NCBI GenBank assembly: GCA_036403235.1
Contig: DASWRI010000044.1
Location: 6,193-70,192 of the forward strand
Length of the DNA stretch: 64,000 nucleotides
Source of the DNA: Pyrinomonadaceae bacterium
Lineage (GTDB): Bacteria; Acidobacteriota; Blastocatellia; Pyrinomonadales; Pyrinomonadaceae
Direction: 5' to 3'
Part shown: one piece after another, positions 1 through 8,099 of the stretch
How the letters are laid out: each line of letters opens with the position of its first letter
How positions within the stretch are numbered: position 1 is the first letter of the stretch
Notes under the pieces: generated by a model
Database searches by the model: none
The model's input: the letters and a program-made list of their open reading frames with translations, nothing else
Told to the model about the DNA's origin: nothing
Position numbers and translations under genes: made by a program

Positions 1-104
1 ACGAAAAGTTTCAGGCAATCGCCGAAGAAGTGAAAAAGGGCTGCCCGGTCAGCAAAGCGCTGGCGGCGACGCCAATCAATTTGACGGCAAATTTGGTAAA
101 ATAG
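1..104 (+). CDS. OsmC/Ohr-family peroxiredoxin, C-terminal fragment (start lies upstream of window)
   Basis: Frame 3 reads EKFQAIAEEVKKGCPVSKALAATPINLTANLVK, then TAG at 102-104. GCPVSKAL resembles the second-Cys region of OsmC-like proteins. Confidence 0.6.
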   Translation, partial: EKFQAIAEEVKKGCPVSKALAATPINLTANLVK

Positions 105-168
105 AGTTAAAGGGAAAAGGCAATCGATTTGCCGAAAAGCAATAATTAAATTATTAAGGAGAAAAACA

Positions 169-498
169 ATGGGAAATTTTACAAAAGCAGTTACGGACAC
201 AAATTTTGAATCGGACGTTTTAAGCTCGGACAAACCGACTCTGGTCGATTTCTGGGCAGAATGGTGCGGGCCTTGCCGCGCGATTGCGCCGACGGTCGAA
301 GCGGTCGCCGAGGAATTTGACGGCAAGGCAAACGTCGTCAAGATGAACGTTGACGAAAATATGAACGTCCCGCAGCGCTATGGCATTCGCGGCATTCCGA
401 CTCTGATTTTATTCAAAAACGGTCAGGAACAGGAACGCTACGTCGGCGGCAATATCAGCCGCGAAAAACTGGCCGAATTGATTAATCAATACGTTTAA
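169..498 (+). CDS. trxA: thioredoxin
   Basis: 109 aa with WCGPC active site. AAGGAG RBS lies just upstream of the ATG. Confidence 0.95.
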   Translation: MGNFTKAVTDTNFESDVLSSDKPTLVDFWAEWCGPCRAIAPTVEAVAEEFDGKANVVKMNVDENMNVPQRYGIRGIPTLILFKNGQEQERYVGGNISREKLAELINQYV

Positions 499-583
499 TA
501 GAGGGGCGAGAGACGAGGGACAAGTGACTGGCGAAAGGAATAAAGATTCTTACACTCGTCACTTGTCCCTCGTCTCTAAATTT

Positions 584-1552
584 ATGAAAGCAATCGTTGT
601 CAGAGAATTCGGCGCGCCGGAAGTGATGAAGCTTGAAGAAGTCAAAACTCCCGAAGTCGGCGCTGCGCAAATTTTGGTGCGCGTCAAGGCGGCCGGGATA
701 AATCCGGTCGATACGTATATTCGCGGCGGAAACTATGCGCAAAGACCGCCTCTGCCATACACGCCGGGAAAAGATGCGGCGGGCGTTGTCGAAGCCGTCG
801 GCGCGGGCGTCGAAAACATAAAGGTCGGCGATAGAATTTACACCGCCGATTCAGTGACCGGAACTTACGCCGAATTCGCGCTCTGCGAAGCGAATCAGGT
901 TCACAAGCTGCCCGAAAACGTTTCGTTCGAGCAGGGCGCGGGCGTTTTCGTGCCTTACGCGACGAGCTTTCGCGCTTTGTTTCAAAAGGCGAAAGGAAAA
1001 TCGGGCGAAACAATTCTCGTTCACGGCGCGTCGGGCGGAGTCGGCATCGCTTCGGTTCAATGGGCGAAAAACGCCGGTCTGAAAGTTATCGGGACGGCCG
1101 GCTCGGAAGACGGAAAACAACTCGCTAAAGAGCAGGGCGCGGACTACGTTCTCGACCATTCGGACGAAAATTATCTCGCCGAAATCAAAGAAATCACGGG
1201 CGGAAAAGGCGTCGATATAATTTTGGAAATGCTCGCGAACGTAAATTTGCAAAAGGATTTCGAAATTCTGGCGATGTTCGGGCGCGTGACAATCATCGGC
1301 AATCGCGGAAGTCTCGAATTCAACCCGCGCGCCGTGATGGGCAGAGACGCCGTCGTTTACGGCATGGCGCTGTTTAACGCGCCGGAAGCGGAAATGCGCG
1401 AAATTCAAAACGCGATTTACGAAGGTTTGAGCAAAGGCTTTTTAAATCCGGTCGTCGGCAAAACCTTCCCGCTCAGAGAGGCCGCGGCCGCGCATCACGC
1501 CGTCATCGAAGAAAAAGCGTTCGGCAAAACCATTTTAGTAAGTGATAAGTGA
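584..1552 (+). CDS. NADPH:quinone oxidoreductase / zeta-crystallin-type medium-chain dehydrogenase
   Basis: MKAIVVREFG N-terminus and GASGGVGIASVQ nucleotide-binding motif. Start moved from 524 to in-frame ATG 584, the usual N-terminus for this family. Confidence 0.85.
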   Translation: MKAIVVREFGAPEVMKLEEVKTPEVGAAQILVRVKAAGINPVDTYIRGGNYAQRPPLPYTPGKDAAGVVEAVGAGVENIKVGDRIYTADSVTGTYAEFALCEANQVHKLPENVSFEQGAGVFVPYATSFRALFQKAKGKSGETILVHGASGGVGIASVQWAKNAGLKVIGTAGSEDGKQLAKEQGADYVLDHSDENYLAEIKEITGGKGVDIILEMLANVNLQKDFEILAMFGRVTIIGNRGSLEFNPRAVMGRDAVVYGMALFNAPEAEMREIQNAIYEGLSKGFLNPVVGKTFPLREAAAAHHAVIEEKAFGKTILVSDK

Positions 1553-1585
1553 AAAGTGATAAGTTTCCGATTTATCACTTACCAC
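1538..1585. repeat. heptamer-word inverted repeat, GTGAAAA/GTGATAA family
   Basis: gtaagtg ataagtg aaaagtg ataagt ... ttatcacttaccac. Stem aagtgataa (1554-1562) pairs with ttatcactt (1572-1580). It overlaps the qor stop codon. Confidence 0.8.
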
Positions 1586-1714
1586 TGATTTTGTTTCAAA
1601 ACCAAACACTTTCCCGCTTAACTTGAGATGGCACAGTGATTGCGGTTTATAAAATCCAAACGTGAGAATGTATCAAATACATTCTATCTAAAATAATAAA
1701 AACGAGGAGAAATT

Positions 1715-2170
1715 ATGAACGCAATCGAACTTTTAAAGGCAGACCACGATAAAGTAGACCATCTTTTCGGCAAGGTAAAGGCGACCGAAGAAGGCGAGCA
1801 CAAAGAGCTTTTCGAGCAGATAAAACAGGAGCTCGAAGTTCACACGCACATCGAAGAAACGATTTTTTATCCGAAATTAAAAGAAGAAAAAGAACTCGAA
1901 GACATCACGCTTGAAGGTATCGAAGAACATCATCAGGCCAAAATCTTTCTCCGCGAATTGTCGAATTTGACCGAGGACAGCGAAAAATTCGAGCCGAAAT
2001 TAAAAGTTCTGATGGAAGACATCACGCATCATGTTCAGGAAGAAGAAGGCAAAATGTTTCCGAAAGTCGAGGAAATCTTCGACGCGGCGACCTTAGAAGA
2101 CCTCGGCGCGCAGATGGAAGCCGAAAAGAAAAATTTCCAGAAATCAAACAAAGCGGGCGCGGGCAAATAA
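1715..2170 (+). CDS. hemerythrin-like (HHE cation-binding) domain protein
   Basis: 151 aa with His/Glu/Asp ligand pattern (ADHDKVDHLF, HTHIEE, EEHH, HHVQEEE). GGAG RBS upstream. Confidence 0.75.
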   Translation: MNAIELLKADHDKVDHLFGKVKATEEGEHKELFEQIKQELEVHTHIEETIFYPKLKEEKELEDITLEGIEEHHQAKIFLRELSNLTEDSEKFEPKLKVLMEDITHHVQEEEGKMFPKVEEIFDAATLEDLGAQMEAEKKNFQKSNKAGAGK

Positions 2171-2203
2171 GCCTCTCCGCGAGAATTTAATTTTAAGAAA
2201 AAG

Positions 2204-2231
2204 CCCGGCTCAAAAGAGTCGGGTTTTTTTA
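2204..2231 (+). terminator. rho-independent terminator after hemerythrin gene
   Basis: cccggctc-aaaa-gagtcggg stem (one G-U pair) followed by a T7 tract. Confidence 0.7.
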
Positions 2232-2334
2232 TTTGCCGGAGAGTCCGAAAACCGAATAGCTCACGCTGTTTTTATTGTAAATAGAGCGCCCGCCGGGCAG
2301 TAGCCACCCGATTTTCCGGTGATGATTTCTTAAC

Positions 2335-2410
2335 CGGTGGAAAGTGAAAAGTGGTAAGCGAAAAGTTAAAAATAAATATCCGCTTACCACTTACCGTTTA
2401 CCACTTACCG
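2335..2410. repeat. heptamer-word inverted repeat, GTGAAAA/GGTAAGT family
   Basis: cggtggaaagtgaaaagtggtaagcg, then a 20-nt AT loop, then cgcttaccacttaccgtttaccacttaccg. Confidence 0.8.
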
Positions 2411-2422
2411 TTTAAAAAACTG

Positions 2423-2451
2423 TTGACAACATACGGCGACAGGCGTAATGT
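2423..2451 (+). promoter_or_regulatory. sigma70-like promoter candidate for the CHRD gene
   Basis: TTGACA (2423-2428), 17-bp spacer, TAATGT (2446-2451), about 100 bp upstream of ATG 2555. Confidence 0.4.
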
Positions 2452-2554
2452 CTAAAGTATTGTCATTCTAAAATTTTCCGGTGTCGGTTTGGTAGATTCT
2501 TCAATTCGGTCTTTGAATCGTCAACGGGTATTTCTAAAATCAAGAGGAGAGGAA

Positions 2555-3961
2555 ATGAATAAAAGATTTAGCAGTTTAATTATTGTTGCGGTCTTCGTGT
2601 TTTTGTTTTCGGCGATGGCTAACGCCGAAACGTTTACCGCATATCTCGAAGGCCGGCAGGAAGTTCCGCCGACCGGCTCGACGGCAACCGGCTACGCGCG
2701 CGTTTTTGTCAACGAATCGACGATGCAGATTACATACAGGGTTGTTTTCAACAATCTTTCGAGCGCCCAAAACGCTTCGCACATTCACGCCCCGGCGGCT
2801 ATCGGCGCAACGGCTGCCGTCGCAATTAACTTCGGCACCGTCGGCGGCACGTCCGGCGTGATTACCGGCACGGCCTCGATTACGGCGACGCAGCTCGCGC
2901 AGCTTCGCGCTCATCAGGGCTATGTCAACGTTCACTCGGTAAATTTCCCGAACGGCGAAATTCGCGGCCAGCTCGGCCCGCGACGCCCGGTCGATTTTGA
3001 CGGCGACGGCAAAACGGATTTCAGCATTCTGAAATTCCCGAGCGTTGCGCCTCCGGGAGTTGCACAGATTAATTTCTGGAACAAAAACAGCACGAGCGGA
3101 ACCGTAATTTCGCCGCAATGGGGCGACGCTAACCGCGATTTCCCGTGCCCGGGCGATTATGACGGCGACGGTCAGGACGATTATGCGCTTTATCGCGACG
3201 GCGCGACGCAGGGCGCTCAGTCCGAATTCTGGGTGCTGACCAGCTCGGACAGCACAGTTTTGTATTACGCATGGGGACTCGGCGGCTCGACGACGGGCGC
3301 TAATCCGAGCGACACGCCGCTCTGCCGCGACTACGACGGCGACGGTAAAACGGACGTGGCCGTTGCCCGCCGCGGCTCGACGACCGGCGACCCGCTGACG
3401 TGGTACATTCGCCAAAGCTCAAACAATACGGCGCGCGTCGTTAATTGGGGCGTTACCGGAGCCGACGCCAACTCGTTCTACGATGCGCCGATTCCGGGCG
3501 ACTATGACGGCGACGGCAAATTCGACTTGGCGGTCTTCCGCTTCGGCACGCCGCCCGATAATAACTTTATCGTTTTGAAGAGCTCGGACGGCGGCTCCAT
3601 CTATCAGTTGTGGGGCAACTTTACGACCGACTACATCCTGCCGGGCGACTACGACGGCGACGGTAAATGGGACTTTGCCGTAGCGCGCACGGGCGCCGCG
3701 GCTACTTCGCCGATGGTCTGGTATGTTCTGTATGCCACCGGCGCGCAGAGACCGCAGCAGACGTTCGGTATCAGCTCCGATTTGCCGACGCAGGCCGATT
3801 ATGACGGAGACGGCAGAACGGATTTGTCCGTCTATCGTCAGGGCGCAACGACCGGCGCGGCAAGTAACTTCTGGGTGTATAACAGCTTTGACAATACATC
3901 GCAGGTTACTCAATGGGGTGTCAGACCTGATTTCCCGGTCGCAACCTTTGACGCACGATAA
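2555..3961 (+). CDS. secreted CHRD-domain protein with six C-terminal FG-GAP/VCBS-like repeats
   Basis: Signal peptide MNKRFSSLIIVAVFVFLFSAMANA. CHRD-like block (LEGRQEVPP...SHIHAPAA...YVNVHS..GEIRGQL). Six D(Y/F)DGDG(K/R/Q)xD repeats. Start set at ATG 2555 with AGGAGAGG RBS. Confidence 0.75.
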   Translation: MNKRFSSLIIVAVFVFLFSAMANAETFTAYLEGRQEVPPTGSTATGYARVFVNESTMQITYRVVFNNLSSAQNASHIHAPAAIGATAAVAINFGTVGGTSGVITGTASITATQLAQLRAHQGYVNVHSVNFPNGEIRGQLGPRRPVDFDGDGKTDFSILKFPSVAPPGVAQINFWNKNSTSGTVISPQWGDANRDFPCPGDYDGDGQDDYALYRDGATQGAQSEFWVLTSSDSTVLYYAWGLGGSTTGANPSDTPLCRDYDGDGKTDVAVARRGSTTGDPLTWYIRQSSNNTARVVNWGVTGADANSFYDAPIPGDYDGDGKFDLAVFRFGTPPDNNFIVLKSSDGGSIYQLWGNFTTDYILPGDYDGDGKWDFAVARTGAAATSPMVWYVLYATGAQRPQQTFGISSDLPTQADYDGDGRTDLSVYRQGATTGAASNFWVYNSFDNTSQVTQWGVRPDFPVATFDAR

Positions 3962-3979
3962 AAAGTGCTGAATTCTAAA

Positions 3980-4038
3980 CGGTAAGTGGTAGGTGGATAA
4001 AGTTTTTTAACTTTCCACTTACCACTTTTCACTTTTCG
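3980..4038. repeat. heptamer-word inverted repeat, GGTAAGT/GTGAAAA family
   Basis: cggtaagtggtaggtggataaag, loop, then ctttccacttaccacttttcacttttcg, directly after the CHRD gene stop. Confidence 0.8.
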
Positions 4039-4052
4039 CTATTCCCTGTAGA

Positions 4053-4928
4053 ATGACATTTATGAAACGACTTTTCATCAGTCTCGTTTTTATTTTTTCG
4101 ATAAGCGTTTTCGCTTTCGCGCAGCAGCGTCCTTTGATTACGGACGACGTCGATACGATTCCCGAAGGCTCGTTTGAGATTGCGGCGGGCGTCGATTTTA
4201 TGCAGAACGAGAAATTTCCGCTTTCGGGCTTAAAAGGCGATTTAACCCGTGTCGGCGACGTGCGCGTGAAGGTCGGTTTTTCATCAAACGTCGAATTTCA
4301 GGTGGAAGGCGTGATTCAGAATTTTCTGGCGATAAATTCGGCGACCACTCCCTCGCCGATTCCTTTGACCATCAACGGAAACTCGACCAACGATGCGGGC
4401 GATTTTACGATTTCCACCAAAATCAAGCTCAGAAACGAAACCGCTTTTTTGCCCGCGCTCGGCTTTAAGGTCGGTTTTCAAATGCCGAACACGAGCGAAG
4501 GACGCGGCATCGGGACAAATCAGATAAACGTTTTCGGCAAAATCCTGGTACAGAAAAGATTCGGCAAAAAGCCCGGAAAAGACGCGCGCGCCAACGTTTT
4601 CGGCAACGTCGGCATCGGCATTATGACCGCTCCGCTCGAACAATTTACGCAAAACGATGTGCTGCTTTACGGTCTGGCGGGAATTTTCCGCGTCAATAAA
4701 CGCATCAATGTCGTCAGCGAGGTCAACGGCCGCGCCAGCACCAGAAACGGCGCCGCGCCGCTCGGCACGGAAAGCATCGGCCAGTTTCGCATCGGAACGC
4801 AGATAAAAGCTTCCGGCCTGCGCTTCGATACGGCCGCCGTCTTCGGTTTAACCCGTTTCAGCCCGCGCTCCGGCATCACCTTCGGCGTAACTTACCAATC
4901 TCCGAATATTTTTACTCCTGCAAGATAA
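4053..4928 (+). CDS. outer-membrane beta-barrel protein (possibly MetA-pathway/transporter-like family)
   Basis: Signal peptide ending FAFAQQ and alternating hydrophobic beta-strand pattern over 291 aa. Alternative start at ATG 4062. Confidence 0.5.
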   Translation: MTFMKRLFISLVFIFSISVFAFAQQRPLITDDVDTIPEGSFEIAAGVDFMQNEKFPLSGLKGDLTRVGDVRVKVGFSSNVEFQVEGVIQNFLAINSATTPSPIPLTINGNSTNDAGDFTISTKIKLRNETAFLPALGFKVGFQMPNTSEGRGIGTNQINVFGKILVQKRFGKKPGKDARANVFGNVGIGIMTAPLEQFTQNDVLLYGLAGIFRVNKRINVVSEVNGRASTRNGAAPLGTESIGQFRIGTQIKASGLRFDTAAVFGLTRFSPRSGITFGVTYQSPNIFTPAR

Positions 4929-4932
4929 TAAT

Positions 4933-5040
4933 AAAAAATAGCCCGCGGACGAACGCCGATTTAGCCGATTTTCGCAGATTTGTTTTAAAGATTATCCTTG
5001 AAAATCCGCCGAATCCGTGTTCATCCGCGGGCTATTTTTT
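4933..5040. terminator. long-stem bidirectional hairpin between convergent genes
   Basis: aaaaaatagcccgcggacgaac (4933-4954) pairs with gttcatccgcgggctatttttt (5019-5040): 22 bp with one mismatch and a 64-nt loop, flanked by A and T tracts. Confidence 0.6.
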
Positions 5041-5844
5041 TCAAAATTTCCTGACGAGATGATTTATCGGCGAATGACCTTTCCCGATATACGGCGCGGT
5101 GCGAATCGCTTCGGTGACGAACTTTTTCGAAATCCCGACGGCCTCAATCAAATTTTTTCCGTTTGCCAGATTCGCCGCAATCGCCGCCGCCAGCGTGCAG
5201 CCCGTCCCGTGCGTCGCCGTCGTTTCGATAAACTCAGCTTCAAAAATCTGCAAATTACTGCCGACAAACAAAAAATCTTTCGCGATACGTTTTTCGCCTT
5301 TCACTTGAAAAAGGTGTCCGCCTTTTATCAAAACATTTTTTGCGCCCGCCTGCTGCATCACCTGCGCGGCTTTTTCGATGTCTTTTTCCGTTTCGATTTT
5401 TATCCGCGCGATTCTTTCGGCTTCGGGAATGTTCGGCGTGACGAGGTCGGAAAGCGGAAAAAGTTTTTCGATGAGCGCGCGCAAAGCTGCGTCGTCAATC
5501 AAATCAAAGCCGGAAGTCGAGCGCACGACCGGGTCGACGACAAAGTTTTTCAAATTATTTTCCTCGACCAGGCGTGCGACTTCTTCGATTATCTCGCGTG
5601 TCGGCAGCATTCCGGTTTTCAGCGCGTCGATTTCAAAATCTTGTAAAATCGGCTCGATTTGCCCGCGAACGATTTCTGCGGTCTGCGCGACTGCGCCGAA
5701 AACTCCGGTCGTGTTTTGAAACGTAATCGAAGTTATCGCGGAAGTCGCAAAACAGCCGAAAACCGAGAAAATTTTGATGTCGGCGATAATTCCCGCGCCG
5801 CCCGAAGGGTCGAGCCCGGCGATTGTCAAAACAACTTTTGTCAT
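5041..5844 (-). CDS. thiD: hydroxymethylpyrimidine/phosphomethylpyrimidine kinase
   Basis: VLTIAGLDPSGGAGIIADIK N-terminus and GTGCTLAAAIAANLA C-terminal motif. 267 aa. Confidence 0.9.
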   Translation of the reverse strand: MTKVVLTIAGLDPSGGAGIIADIKIFSVFGCFATSAITSITFQNTTGVFGAVAQTAEIVRGQIEPILQDFEIDALKTGMLPTREIIEEVARLVEENNLKNFVVDPVVRSTSGFDLIDDAALRALIEKLFPLSDLVTPNIPEAERIARIKIETEKDIEKAAQVMQQAGAKNVLIKGGHLFQVKGEKRIAKDFLFVGSNLQIFEAEFIETTATHGTGCTLAAAIAANLANGKNLIEAVGISKKFVTEAIRTAPYIGKGHSPINHLVRKF

Positions 5845-5853
5845 AAAAACCTT

Positions 5854-6522
5854 CTACCGTTTATTCTTTTCTAATTTTCTCAGATTCTCAGCGTCGTTCA
5901 AAAAACGAATCGCCGCAAAACCGCTTGCGCCGGCTTCCAAAACCGATTTGTAATTTGTTTCATCGATTCCGCCGAGCGCGATGACCGGAAACGGCTTTAA
6001 TTTTTCGCAAACTTCGCGCAAAGCGTTCGTGCCTTGCGGCGCGCCTTTGCCGGGAGTTGAAAAAATCGGGCTGAACGCGGCAAAATCAGCGCCGTTTTTT
6101 TTGGCAAGCTCCGCCCTTTCAAGCGAATGAGTCGAAACGCCGATGATGAAATTTTTAGGGAAATTGCGCCGAATCGTTTCGGCGGAAAGCGAATTTGCAG
6201 AAAGATGGACGCCGCCCGCTTTGGCCGCCAGAGCGATGTCGGCGCGGTCGTTGACGAGAATTTTTGTATTTGAGCGTTTGGCGATTTCGGCGGCTTCCGA
6301 AGCAAGGCGAAAAACGCTTCGCGCCGAAAGATTTTTCTCGCGGATTTGGATTAGAGAGATTTTTGTCGCGACGGCGATTTTGACGAGATTCAGAATTTGC
6401 GCGCGCGCCTGCGTGAAATTTTCCTCGGTTGCATTGCCTTCGGTAATCAGATAAAGCAGCGGCCTGCGCGCGAAAAAAACGTCATTTTTCACTGTCTTTT
6501 TTATCCGGGGCGCTGGCGGCAA
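5854..6522 (-). CDS. thiE: thiamine-phosphate synthase
   Basis: TMP-TENI fold length (222 aa). LIQIREK, VNDRADIALA and ALGGI motifs. Immediately upstream of thiD on the same strand. Confidence 0.85.
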   Translation of the reverse strand: MPPAPRIKKTVKNDVFFARRPLLYLITEGNATEENFTQARAQILNLVKIAVATKISLIQIREKNLSARSVFRLASEAAEIAKRSNTKILVNDRADIALAAKAGGVHLSANSLSAETIRRNFPKNFIIGVSTHSLERAELAKKNGADFAAFSPIFSTPGKGAPQGTNALREVCEKLKPFPVIALGGIDETNYKSVLEAGASGFAAIRFLNDAENLRKLEKNKR

Positions 6523-6793
6523 ACGCCTGCACGTTTTGTTTGAAATGCGCCATCTCCCAAAAAGCCAGAAATAAATTCATAACGCCCAGACCGGTTATCG
6601 CGCCGCGCACCCAGCCGGAAGCGACCGCTTTTTGAATTATCGGCAAGCCGGTTTTTTCGCTGACAAAAGCGAGCAGGTAATTGTCGCCCCAGTCGCCGAA
6701 CGCGCCGATATTAATCCACGGCAGAAGCGTCAGAAGAACTCCGGCCATCAGGAAAAGGGCGATAAATAAAATGACAGTAACTCTCTCGACCAT
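6482..6793 (-). CDS. small membrane protein, unknown function
   Basis: 103 aa with at least two hydrophobic helices. First gene of the thiE-thiD transcription unit. Overlaps the thiE 5-prime end by 41 nt, so the thiE start may be later. Confidence 0.45.
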   Translation of the reverse strand: MVERVTVILFIALFLMAGVLLTLLPWINIGAFGDWGDNYLLAFVSEKTGLPIIQKAVASGWVRGAITGLGVMNLFLAFWEMAHFKQNVQAFAASAPDKKDSEK

Positions 6794-6930
6794 AATTTAG
6801 TGATTTTCCACGTTTTGCCAGGTTCGTTTTACTTTATCTTCCTTAGCAATTTTCATCTCTCAGTTTATAATAAATTCCCCGCGTTTTGCTAATTTTGGCA
6901 TATCAGGCGCGCATTTGGCACACTAATAAT

Positions 6931-7341
6931 ATGATAACCGCAAGCGTTTTAGCTAAAAAAGCCGAAGTACCGATTTATACGGTTCGACATTACACGCGCA
7001 TCGGACTGTTAAAGCCGGCGCGCAATTCGCAAAACGGATATAAAATTTATAATCCGTCCGACGCGATGCGCTTGCGATTTATTTTAGCGGCCAAAGATTT
7101 GGGTTTTACGCTGACGGAAATTAACCAGATTCTTGACGAAGCCGAACACGGAAAATCTCCGTGCCCGATGGTGCGCGATATCGTCACGCATCGGATTGAA
7201 GACAATAAAAAGAAAATAAAAGAATTGCAGCGCCTGCAAAAAAAGATGGAATCGTCCCTCAAAGACTGGGAAAAAATGCACGATTCGATGCCGAACGGCG
7301 ACTCGGTTTGTCATTTAATCGAATCGGTCGCCGAAAACTAA
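6931..7341 (+). CDS. MerR-family metal-responsive transcriptional regulator
   Basis: HTH VPIYTVRHYTRIGLL, a coiled-coil dimerisation helix, and Cys/His candidates (SPCPMV, DSVCHL). Start moved to ATG 6931. Confidence 0.85.
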   Translation: MITASVLAKKAEVPIYTVRHYTRIGLLKPARNSQNGYKIYNPSDAMRLRFILAAKDLGFTLTEINQILDEAEHGKSPCPMVRDIVTHRIEDNKKKIKELQRLQKKMESSLKDWEKMHDSMPNGDSVCHLIESVAEN

Positions 7342-7351
7342 AATTGTCCGC

Positions 7352-7383
7352 TTGACCTGACACCGGCTGATAAGTTGTAAAAT
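7352..7383 (+). promoter_or_regulatory. MerR-type promoter candidate (over-long spacer)
   Basis: TTGACC (7352-7357), 20-bp spacer, TAAAAT (7378-7383), 11 nt after the merR stop and upstream of the His/Cys-rich gene. Confidence 0.45.
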
Positions 7384-7557
7384 GGTTTTGTCGTTAAAAT
7401 TTGATTACGATTTGATTGATATTTTATTCGGGCAGTCGATACAAATAAGTTTTGCATCCAAGATTGGTTACAGGCGGAATTTATTCTAAAATTGATTTTC
7501 GGCTCGGTTCGGAAATCGGTGGAGTTGAAACGACGAATCCAAGCGACGCAGGCTGAT

Positions 7558-7980
7558 ATGAAAAATGTGAGATTAAAACAATTCGGTTTGGCCTTATGCC
7601 TGGCTCTATCGCTTTTAATCTCGCCGGTTTCCGCCTGCGCTTGTTCGCACCATCATCCTGAGAACGCCGAATCGGAAATTTCTTCGCATCATCAACATTC
7701 GGAAGCGGCCGTACATCACCATGATTCCGAAGCCGACAACGCGGCTCAATCCGTAACTTCGCAAGACGAATGCTGCTGTTTGGAAACAGCACCGAAGGTT
7801 TCCGCCAAATCTGAAAACATAAAAATCGAAAAACAAAAGTCGGCGATGCTATCGCTCGCGCCGGTCGAAATAACTTTTGTTTCGCAAACGATTTCGGTCG
7901 AATCCGCATTTACCCGAAAGTTTTATTTAACAGATTCTTTCTACAATCTCACGCCCGGACGCGCTCCGCCCGCGTTATAA
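7558..7980 (+). CDS. secreted His/Cys-rich putative metal-binding protein
   Basis: Signal peptide MKNVRLKQFGLALCLALSLLISPVSA, followed by CACSHHHP, SSHHQH, VHHHD and DECCC clusters. Confidence 0.55.
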   Translation: MKNVRLKQFGLALCLALSLLISPVSACACSHHHPENAESEISSHHQHSEAAVHHHDSEADNAAQSVTSQDECCCLETAPKVSAKSENIKIEKQKSAMLSLAPVEITFVSQTISVESAFTRKFYLTDSFYNLTPGRAPPAL

Positions 7981-8099
7981 AACAGCGAATACAAATCACG
8001 AAAATATAGACAGGTTGTCTTTGACGACTTGAAACGGATTGCCGTCTCGAAAAACGGCAATTGTTGAAATACTGTTTTATAAATCAGGAGATAGAGAAG

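Noticed and set aside
851-1408. Long antisense or out-of-frame ORFs inside confident genes. Examples: 684-1013, 851-1408, 2576-3415, 3419-3913, 5017-5646, 14035-14799, 16901-17494, 23208-23753, 25377-25976, 27606-28124, 47859-48365, 49564-50418, 49904-50758, 54338-54778, 57637-58137, 58884-59498 and 62027-62512.
   Set aside because: They have Arg/Ala/Gly-rich compositions typical of shadow frames. They overlap genes with clear family motifs, and no motifs of their own were recognised.
6794-6885. TPP (THI-box) riboswitch upstream of the membrane-protein/thiE/thiD unit. The minus strand contains GGGG, CUGAGA and GAACCUG in the right order.
   Set aside because: The ACCC pairing partner is missing, and so is the conserved GAUCUGG-UAAU-CCAGCG-AGGGA half of the aptamer. 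Only short fragments match, so I do not call it. An Rfam scan would settle this.
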